DNA of 24,000 nucleotides from Legionella fairfieldensis ATCC 49588 (GTDB lineage Bacteria; Pseudomonadota; Gammaproteobacteria; Legionellales; Legionellaceae): NCBI RefSeq assembly GCF_000621525.1, contig NZ_JHYC01000019.1, positions 27,906 to 51,905 of the forward strand, read 5' to 3'. Shown piece by piece: positions 16,967 to 23,750 of this stretch (position 1 is its first letter; each line of letters starts with the position of its first letter). The notes under the pieces were generated by a model. It saw only the letters and a program-made list of their open reading frames with translations, ran no database searches and was not told where the DNA came from. The position numbers and the translations under genes were made by a program.

Positions 16967-17809
16967 TCACGTAAATGAAGTCTTATGTATTTCATACTGA
17001 TTTTGATAATAATGACTGTTATGATGAATAAGAAACCGCTGACACAGGAGTGGTGTTTGTATTAGCAAATGGTGTAAATAAGCCCGACTGAATCCTTGTG
17101 TACAAGTAGGACAAGAACAGTTTGGCTCAATTCGTTCCTGTTGATGCGCCATTTTTACATCGCATAAATCAAGTAACCCCTGCTCTGTATACACTTGACC
17201 TGAAAGAGCATTGGTTGCGGGTTTATCGGACTCTACAAACAGAACACCCAACATTGATAATTCCCTGATTTGCGATAGCGTAAAATTACCACTGACGTAA
17301 ACCAATTCCGGGTTGGTCTGTCTGATGAGTTCAATAAATTCGCAAAACAGCCTTTTTTCGTCATAAAACAGATACCTGCCACATCCAGCAACCTGAGACA
17401 CTTCTTTTGGAGCGGCAAACCATTTGATTGTTTCAGGCAAAACGAAACCATGTTCTATAAAATCGTCAGGTAAAATAACCACATCAGGCTGTAAACTAAT
17501 CATTAACGATACAAGTGCTTTATTATCAATACTTACCATACTGCCATCATAAGGAGAACGTATTGTGTATGTACCTCGCCTAGTCGCCGTTATGGTACTT
17601 GCATTTAATACCAACTCGCCCTGCCATCCACAATAAGCACGTAAATTTTTAAGCGATTTTAAAAAAGAAAGCCCGGGTTTTATCAACAAAGTATCAAGAT
17701 AGCAGGCTACCGTGTTAATACCTGCTTCCTGCCAATTGGCTAAAGTTAAACATGACCCAGCGGGTGACGTAAGCACCGGTATAAAACTTCTGTCGTTTTT
17801 TTGCTTCAT
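16967..17809 (-). CDS. tgt: Divergent, shortened tRNA-guanine transglycosylase (Tgt)-like protein; Zn site retained, catalytic motifs not recognisable
   Basis: It occupies the canonical tgt slot of queA-tgt-yajC-secDF. By-eye alignment to E. coli Tgt: FIPVLT~FMPVGT, and CSCPTCTQGFSRAYLHHL...IHHN~CDCYTCRNYSRAYLHHL...TIHN. However, TDSGGFQ, GNTFHL and GVGKPED have no counterparts. It is about 280 aa versus ~375. Start set at ATG 17809 (AGGTGA SD 5 nt upstream) rather than GTG 17818. Confidence 0.72.
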   Translation of the reverse strand: MKQKNDRSFIPVLTSPAGSCLTLANWQEAGINTVACYLDTLLIKPGLSFLKSLKNLRAYCGWQGELVLNASTITATRRGTYTIRSPYDGSMVSIDNKALVSLMISLQPDVVILPDDFIEHGFVLPETIKWFAAPKEVSQVAGCGRYLFYDEKRLFCEFIELIRQTNPELVYVSGNFTLSQIRELSMLGVLFVESDKPATNALSGQVYTEQGLLDLCDVKMAHQQERIEPNCSCPTCTQGFSRAYLHHLLIQTPLLCQRFLIHHNSHYYQNQYEIHKTSFT

Positions 17810-17818
17810 TAAAATCAC

Positions 17819-18832
17819 CTAAAGTAACAGGCTCGCATCACCATAACTAAAAAATCGATAACCTTCTTTTATTGCTTCCCGATAAAGTCTCATGGTTTGC
17901 TCATAACCTATAAAAGCAGCGACTAACATGACTAAAGTAGATTCTGGCAAATGAAAATTGGTAATTAACCCATTACAAATCTGAAATTGATAACCGGGAT
18001 AAATAAAGATATTAGTATCACGACAGGAAGGATATAATACGCCATTAATAGCCGCACTCTCCAAACAACGCAATGCCGTTGTACCTACAGCGATTACTCG
18101 CTTGCCCGCTGTTTGAGTCTGGCGTACCGCCTGGCATAATTCTTCACTGACTGTAAATTGCTCGCTGTGCATTTTATGCTCTTTGATAGCCTCACAACGA
18201 ACCGGGCGAAACGTACCTGCTCCCACATGCAAGGTAGAATAGGCAATATTTACCCCTTTTTCCTGCAACTGCTGAATAAGTGAGGCATCAAAATGCAACC
18301 CGGCAGTGGGGGCCGCAACAGAGCCTTTGTGTTTTGCATAAACTGTTTGATAACGCTCTGAATCCATCGATTCGTCCGGGCGGGTAATGTAAGGCGGTAA
18401 CGGAATGTGGCCTATTTGATGAAGCATCGTATCAGCATCCCCTGATACCTGACAATGATACAAATCATCCTGTTTGCCAAGCACCTCTAATTGCCAGTTA
18501 TTTTCCAAATGGATAACCGTACCCGCTTTTGGCGCCTTGCTGGCTTTAATATGCGCTAAAAAGGAATAATTATCCTGCATGCGTTCGACTAATAATTCAA
18601 CCTTACCGCCACTTGCTTTATGACCGTACAAACGTGCCGGAATAACTTTCGAGTTATTCATTACCAGAAGATCGCCAGGCTGAAAAAAATTACCTACTTC
18701 TTTGAAGTGCTGATGGGTACTTAAACCCGTTTTACGATCATAGGTCAGCAAACGGGAATCACTGCGATTTTTTAAGGGGTACTGAGCGATCAGTTCTTGC
18801 GGTAAATCAAAATAAAAATCACTTTTGTTCAT
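17819..18832 (-). CDS. queA: S-adenosylmethionine:tRNA ribosyltransferase-isomerase QueA
   Basis: The N-terminus MNKSDFYFDLPQELIAQYP resembles E. coli MRVTDFSFELPESLIAHYP. Motifs GHIPLPPYI, ERYQTVYA, GSVAAPTAGLHF and GTT..R are present. ATG 18832 is preferred over the track's TTG 18844. Confidence 0.93.
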   Translation of the reverse strand: MNKSDFYFDLPQELIAQYPLKNRSDSRLLTYDRKTGLSTHQHFKEVGNFFQPGDLLVMNNSKVIPARLYGHKASGGKVELLVERMQDNYSFLAHIKASKAPKAGTVIHLENNWQLEVLGKQDDLYHCQVSGDADTMLHQIGHIPLPPYITRPDESMDSERYQTVYAKHKGSVAAPTAGLHFDASLIQQLQEKGVNIAYSTLHVGAGTFRPVRCEAIKEHKMHSEQFTVSEELCQAVRQTQTAGKRVIAVGTTALRCLESAAINGVLYPSCRDTNIFIYPGYQFQICNGLITNFHLPESTLVMLVAAFIGYEQTMRLYREAIKEGYRFFSYGDASLLL

Positions 18833-19027
18833 TGAGAGCGACAACTAAAATTAACCATTATAGCTTAAAGCAGGGCGAAGTTTAACTTCACATGGAATAA
18901 AAAAGCGACTTAGCGTTTATGTGGCGCTGCAATCAAATTAGGAGAATTAAATTATTGCTTGAATCTTTAGAAAATTTGCGCTTATTATTTTTCACAAAGT
19001 AAATTAAAACAAATAAAGGAATATCCT

Positions 19028-19330
19028 ATGTTGGTAACATTTTCTTGTGAGGCTTATGAAAATATCACGATGTTTGGCGAGGTTGCAAAACGCTTATTAA
19101 CCTTAATGGGACATAGTGCCACGGTGCCCGGAGCACTTAAGGCCGAAGAAATACCTGATGCCTTGGCTCGTCTGGAGAATGGGATTGCACAAACCAGACT
19201 ACAAAACACCCCTTCTGTTCAATCAGACGATGACGAAGAACCACCAATCAGTCTGGCAACCCGGGCTGTACCTTTGATTAACATGCTTAAGGCAGCCAGT
19301 AAAAACAAGTGTAGTGTGATATGGAAATAA
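19028..19330 (+). CDS. DUF1840-like small cytoplasmic protein (hypothetical)
   Basis: 100 aa. MLVTFSCEAYENITMFGEVAKRLLTLMGHS...PGAL.AEEIP.AL..L, an acidic linker DDDEEPPISL, then RAVPLINML. From memory this resembles the DUF1840 family pattern. AAGGAA SD. Confidence 0.6.
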   Translation: MLVTFSCEAYENITMFGEVAKRLLTLMGHSATVPGALKAEEIPDALARLENGIAQTRLQNTPSVQSDDDEEPPISLATRAVPLINMLKAASKNKCSVIWK

Positions 19331-19390
19331 TAGTCAGGATTTAAGCTGTGTTGTGGTAGAATAGCCGCAACTTAATACTGTTTTCACACT

Positions 19391-21238
19391 ATGTTAACCT
19401 TGCGCCAAATTACTCTATCCCGCGGTAATAAACTATTATTGGACAAAGCGAATGTAACTCTTCAGGAAAAACAAAAAATTGGTTTGGTTGGGCATAATGG
19501 ATGTGGCAAATCCACATTGTTTGCCTTGATTTTAGGTCATTTAACGGCAGATACTGGCGAATGTCTTCTTAATCCTCAATTGCGAATCAGCCACCTTTCA
19601 CAACAACTGCCTGATAGTGATGAACCTGCTCTTGATTTTGTTCTCGCGGGCGATGAGGACTACATAGCACTCCAACGCCGCTTAACTAAAGCAGAACAAC
19701 AAGGTAATGATGCTGAAGTGCTGCTTTGTCACGAATTATTCACTCAAACAGCCGCTTACAGCAAACCAGCCCAAGCAGCATCAATCATGGCGGGCCTGGG
19801 TTTTAAATCTGACGAACAAAAACGGCCTGTCAATAGTTTTTCAGGCGGCTGGCGCATGCGCTTGAGCCTTGCTCGCTGTTTAATGAAACCGGCTGATCTT
19901 CTCTTATTAGACGAACCAACCAACCATCTGGATATGGAAGCAATTTTCTGGTTGGAAAAATGGCTCAAACAATGCCCTGGCAGCATTCTTCTTATTTCTC
20001 ATGATCGCGAATTTCTCGATGCTTTTGTGACTCATATTCTGCATATAGAACATCAAACAATGAATTTGTACAGCGGTAATTACAGTCGTTTTGAACAAAC
20101 CCGTGCGCAGCAATTAGCCTTACAACAGCAGATGTATGAAAAGCAACAGCAAAAAATTAATCACATGATGGCTTATGTGAATCGTTTTCGCGCCAAGGCA
20201 TCGAAAGCCAAGCAGGCTCAAAGTCGCCTTAATGCCATTACTAAAATAGACCTTGTGGCGCAAGCTCAGGTTGATTCCCCTTTTTCATTCAGTTTTTATC
20301 CCTGCCCCCGTGCAGGGAATCCTTTAATTCGTATGGAACAGGTTTCTGCAGGTTATGATCTCGATAACCCTATTCTAAAAAAGATAAATCTGGTCATTAA
20401 TCCAGGCGATAGAATTGCCTTACTTGGTCCCAATGGTGAAGGAAAATCAACGCTTATTAAAACATTAACTAATGCCCTGCTTCCACTTGCAGGAACTATT
20501 CATCGTTCACCTCATTTGGAAACAGGTTATTATGCCCAGCACCAGTTGGAAGAACTGGATAATGAATTTAGTCCCGTGGAAACAATCCAGGCCCTGACAC
20601 CCGAAGCCAGGGAACAAACCATCCGTGATTATTTAGGTGGTTTTAATTTCATCGGTGACATGGCAACCAAACCAATTCATTACTTTTCAGGCGGCGAGAA
20701 AGCACGTTTGGCTTTGGCAAAGCTAGTCTGGTTAAAACCCAATCTCTTACTCCTTGATGAACCTACCAATCACCTTGATCTGGAGATGCGAGCCGCGATA
20801 GAAATCGCCCTGCAAAGTTATGAAGGCGCTTTAATCCTGATATCACACGACAGGCATCTTTTACGCACCACGGTGGATGATTTTTATTTGATTTATCAAC
20901 AACAGGTGCAACCATTCAAAGGTGATTTGGATGATTATCATCAATGGTTACTCAATAAAGGGGGTAATAAAGAAAGTCAGCAAACTCAGAACGAGAACCC
21001 TTATCGAGAAAAAAAGAGTCTACAGAATCGCCTGAAAAAGCTGGAGCAAATGATTGATCAAGGTCAAAAACGCCTGTTACAACTCGAAACCACTTTAGCT
21101 GATTTATCCCTTTACGAAGAAGGACAACGACAAACGTTGAAGCTGTTATTGGAACAACAAAAAATCGCTCAAAAAGAATACTTACAGGCCGAAGAAGAAT
21201 GGTTGGGAGTGATGACTACTTTGGAATCATTATATTGA
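19391..21238 (+). CDS. yheS: ABC-F family ATPase (YheS-type, two ABC domains, no TM domain)
   Basis: 615 aa, collinear with E. coli YheS. Walker A motifs GHNGCGKST and GPNGEGKST, signature motifs FSGGWRMRL and FSGGEKARL, LLLDEPTNHLD twice, the linker RFRAKASKAKQAQSR, and a C-terminal coiled coil. Confidence 0.9.
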   Translation: MLTLRQITLSRGNKLLLDKANVTLQEKQKIGLVGHNGCGKSTLFALILGHLTADTGECLLNPQLRISHLSQQLPDSDEPALDFVLAGDEDYIALQRRLTKAEQQGNDAEVLLCHELFTQTAAYSKPAQAASIMAGLGFKSDEQKRPVNSFSGGWRMRLSLARCLMKPADLLLLDEPTNHLDMEAIFWLEKWLKQCPGSILLISHDREFLDAFVTHILHIEHQTMNLYSGNYSRFEQTRAQQLALQQQMYEKQQQKINHMMAYVNRFRAKASKAKQAQSRLNAITKIDLVAQAQVDSPFSFSFYPCPRAGNPLIRMEQVSAGYDLDNPILKKINLVINPGDRIALLGPNGEGKSTLIKTLTNALLPLAGTIHRSPHLETGYYAQHQLEELDNEFSPVETIQALTPEAREQTIRDYLGGFNFIGDMATKPIHYFSGGEKARLALAKLVWLKPNLLLLDEPTNHLDLEMRAAIEIALQSYEGALILISHDRHLLRTTVDDFYLIYQQQVQPFKGDLDDYHQWLLNKGGNKESQQTQNENPYREKKSLQNRLKKLEQMIDQGQKRLLQLETTLADLSLYEEGQRQTLKLLLEQQKIAQKEYLQAEEEWLGVMTTLESLY

Positions 21239-21326
21239 CATCCTCCTCACCCTAAAGTGCAGGGATTCCTGATGAGATCATCAGTAGGTTCGTGCTTCAA
21301 CGATGCTGCCCAAGGAGGCACTTATA

Positions 21327-21350
21327 TCCCCGCTCTAAAGGACGGGGTTT
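21327..21350 (+). terminator. Rho-independent terminator candidate downstream of yheS
   Basis: Stem CCCCG (21327-21331) pairs with CGGGG (21342-21346) around a 10-nt loop, followed by TTTT (21347-21350). It lies ~90 nt after the yheS stop. Confidence 0.5.
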
Positions 21351-21440
21351 TACGCGCATATGATAAGAAATTATTCTAAAAGAATAGACAGAGATAGACA
21401 ATAAAAAATAATTCAATTAATTTACTTCTGGATTCTTTCA

Positions 21441-21585
21441 ATAGAGTTCTTGCATAACCTGTAGATTTTGCTTTAGTGCAAGGCACAAAACGTTCGAGGG
21501 GCGGAGTTTATAGGTGAGCAATGAGCACCGGAGAACGCTTGTAACGCGGCAATAAAGGAAAAGATGCAGGTTATGCAAGAACTCT
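21441..21585. repeat. 145-bp imperfect-palindrome element with 20-bp perfect terminal inverted repeats (MITE-like, or a long-hairpin RNA)
   Basis: 21441-21460 is TAGAGTTCTTGCATAACCTG. It is the exact reverse complement of 21566-21585, CAGGTTATGCAAGAACTCTA. The match extends to 23 bp with 1 mismatch (21438-21460 / 21566-21588). The 105-nt interior is itself partly self-complementary. Confidence 0.75.
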
Positions 21586-21588
21586 AAT

Positions 21589-21611
21589 GATTTGTCTTTG
21601 TGCCAGACAAA
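21589..21611. other. Hairpin ATTTGTCT-N7-AGACAAAT immediately after the 145-bp element
   Basis: 8-bp perfect stem (21589-21596 / 21604-21611) with loop TTGTGCC. No U-run on either strand. Confidence 0.5.
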
Positions 21612-21674
21612 TACCCTGTTCCCGCGAAGGCGAACCACCTCACAAACAAAATGAAAAAGTAATGTGATGAATAG

Positions 21675-21923
21675 ATTCCCGCCTATGCGCTAAGTGATCC
21701 TCTCATTTTTTTGTGTTATTGTTAAATACCTTTTTCAATTATTTTTAAGTCATTCCCGTGAAAACGGGAATCTATTTCTCAAATTACGGTTATTCTGATT
21801 GAAAGACAGATCCATCCTCGCCTTCGCGACAAAAATAAAATCATAGGTGGTTAAAATAATTTCAAATAGACTAAACATCAATTACACAAAAAAATGAGAG
21901 GATCACTTAGCGCCTATGCGGGA
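21675..21923. repeat. 249-bp element bounded by 41-bp terminal inverted repeats (39/41; 30 bp perfect), MITE-like or invertible-segment-like
   Basis: The left arm (21675-21715) is TTCCCGCCTATGCGCTAAGTGATCCTCTCATTTTTTTGTGT. The reverse complement of the right arm (21883-21923) is TTCCCGCATAGGCGCTAAGTGATCCTCTCATTTTTTTGTGT. The perfect part is 21686-21715 / 21883-21912. The spacer is 167 bp. Confidence 0.8.
21751..21770. other. Perfect hairpin ATTCCCGT-GAAA-ACGGGAAT inside the 249-bp element
   Basis: 8-bp stem with a GAAA tetraloop. The stem sequence TTCCCG/CGGGAA repeats the outermost 6 nt of the element's two termini. Confidence 0.6.
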
Positions 21924-21982
21924 AAGAGAAAACTTGTCCAGTACAAAGGCGCTCAATTTAAATTAGATTTAAAAGGAATTAT

Positions 21983-22510
21983 TATGACTATTCAGCAGAT
22001 TATTGAAAAAATTAACACCGAAGACAATTTTGAAACCTATTCTGCCGAACTAAGAGAACTATTACACACTCTGGAAAACAATACGACGGACGAGATTAGC
22101 TTATTCTTTCAGACGTTGCTTAACAAGGAATTTTATGATGAGGTTCGATTTGCTTTTTCATCCTTATTAACGAACAGCAATGCAGCACAAGTTCTTGACG
22201 CCTATGATTCCATTCTGGCTTCCATTAAGAATCCTGATAGATTTTATATTGTGAACGATATCTTTGAAAATATTATAAAAACAAAGAACAATAGTCTGAT
22301 TAAACAAGCCTTCAAACAATCTATTGCTTATCAAAACGAAGCAATTATTCGCAACGGTTGTGTGCAATTGGTTAAAGAGGGCAAGGCTGACCTCATAGAG
22401 CAGTCTGATAACAGAATTGTGCTTACAGATAGAGAATATTCTCTAGCTGAGTTACTTTCCAGACACAGCGACAGTATCGAAGCACTCTGGCAACTCCAAG
22501 CCTCGAATAA
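21983..22510 (+). CDS. Ankyrin-repeat effector-like protein, N-terminal fragment (175 codons, frame interrupted)
   Basis: Not in the supplied track. ATG 21983 has an AAGGA SD 6 nt upstream, and I checked codon by codon that the frame is open to TAA 22508-22510. It ends ...EYSLAELLSRHSDSIEALWQLQALE*. Homology to the second internal module continues in the +1 frame. Confidence 0.6.
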
Positions 22511-23750
22511 ACTTTCACTTTCCAGACCATCAATTCGCTCTATCCAGGAGTTACTCAATGGTGAGAATAATTATGAATTATTTTTAGTGTTAGCTCATCA
22601 TCCGGAATTAACCACTGAGAAAGACAACCAGGGCGATACGCTCTTACATGTTTATACCAAGATGAGACATTTTGAAAAAGTATCTCTCCATTTACTTGCC
22701 TTTGCACCTCATTTAGATTTGAGCCTCACCGATAATGAAGGTAATAATGCCTTACATATAGGAATTGACACGCCTTTATTTAACGCATTATTAAAAAGAG
22801 AAAATATAAATTATGACACATTTCATGCACCGAATAGCAAAGGAATCACTCCCCTTGATAAACTTCTTACTTCTCTTTGCGGACAAAGATTCAATGCTCG
22901 CTTCAATGCTGTAATACAAAAGGCTTTTTCAGAACTGGCAAAAAAGGGTACTTCACAACAAATCCTTTCCGTCTATACTCAAATCTTGAATTATGCCAAA
23001 CACATCGAACAATTTTATGTGGCTAGTAATGCATTCGCACAAATTATACAAAAAAATGATAGCCTATTAATTAAAAAAGCGGTTGAAAAAACCTTTGCAC
23101 TGAATTTAGATCCCCAATTCATTTGCAACTGCTTCGTTCAGCTAGCCCCGAATAACAACATGGAGCTCATTCAAGCTGTTATTAACTATAAAGAAAAAGA
23201 ATACCATTTAGCTGAATTACTTGTTCAAAATAGAAATACCATTGACATACTTTGGCAACTCCATATTTTAGGTAAACTTTCTCTACCTGGAATTGACTTT
23301 ATTCCTAAAACAAAAACCAAATCTGAATATTTTAAAAAATTACTTGATCATCAAAATAGCTATGAGTTGTTCCTGGCTTTAGCTAATAATCCTCATTTAA
23401 TCAATAAAAAAGATGAAAACGGCGACACTTTACTCCATGTTTACGTCAAATCTGGATATTTTGACCCCATTACTGGCCGTATACTTGCTTTTGCACCTCA
23501 TTTGGATTTAAATAACAATGATAATGAAGGCAATAACGCTCTACATATGGGCGTTAATGCTTATTATGCCCGTGGTATTTGGTATCATGAGAAATTACTT
23601 GAAGATTTGTTAAAAAGAACCGAGAAAAACCATACCGCTTTAAATTGGTCTAACAAAAAAGGAGTCACTCCTTTAGGTAGACTCCTGACCCACGACCTCT
23701 TTTTCAACGAAAATCAAGGTTATAATAACCATCCAACAATGGTTTATGCA
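22187..23750 (+). repeat. Intragenic tandem duplication: two diverged ~0.78-kb (~260-aa) modules within the ankyrin gene
   Basis: Equivalent points are offset by 772-789 nt. Examples: CAA GTT CTT GAC GCC TAT at 22187 versus CAA ATC CTT TCC GTC TAT at 22959, and GCC TTT GCA CCT CAT TTA GAT at 22698 versus GCT TTT GCA CCT CAT TTG GAT at 23487. The boundaries are approximate. Confidence 0.65.

Noticed and set aside
13314-20113. Antisense or nested ORFs 13314..13505, 15757..16035, 16562..16774, 17233..17451, 19756..19986, 19907..20113
   Set aside because: They lie within phhB, secD, yajC, the tgt-like gene and yheS, which are well supported. They have no independent signals.
21266-21285. Hammerhead-ribozyme-like CUGAUGA core (CCTGATGAG at 21267-21275)
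   Set aside because: There is no GAAA/cleavage-site triad or stem I/III partners nearby. The sequence is simply one arm of the CTGATG-AGAT-CATCAG palindrome.
21284-21300. tRNA T-arm-like GGTTCG (possible tRNA fragment or att site)
   Set aside because: The flanking bases cannot form a T stem, and there is no acceptor or anticodon arm on either strand. The TTCCCGC near 21618 is likewise not a T-loop.
21438-21638. 66-aa minus-strand ORF in the yheS-ankyrin intergenic region
   Set aside because: It is superimposed on the 145-bp palindromic element. It has no SD, and its Leu/Cys/Arg-rich translation is typical of translated repeats.
22496-22510. Programmed +1 ribosomal frameshift at GCC CTC GAA TAA
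   Set aside because: There is no slippery or re-pairing-compatible codon (GCC to CCC, or GAA to AAU, mismatches), and no upstream SD-like stimulator as in prfB. CCC is also too short for phase-variable slippage, so a mutation or sequencing indel is more likely.
22167-22558. Minus-strand ORFs 22167..22367 and 22331..22558
   Set aside because: They are antisense to the ankyrin-gene frames, whose internal duplication and ANK motifs support the plus strand.
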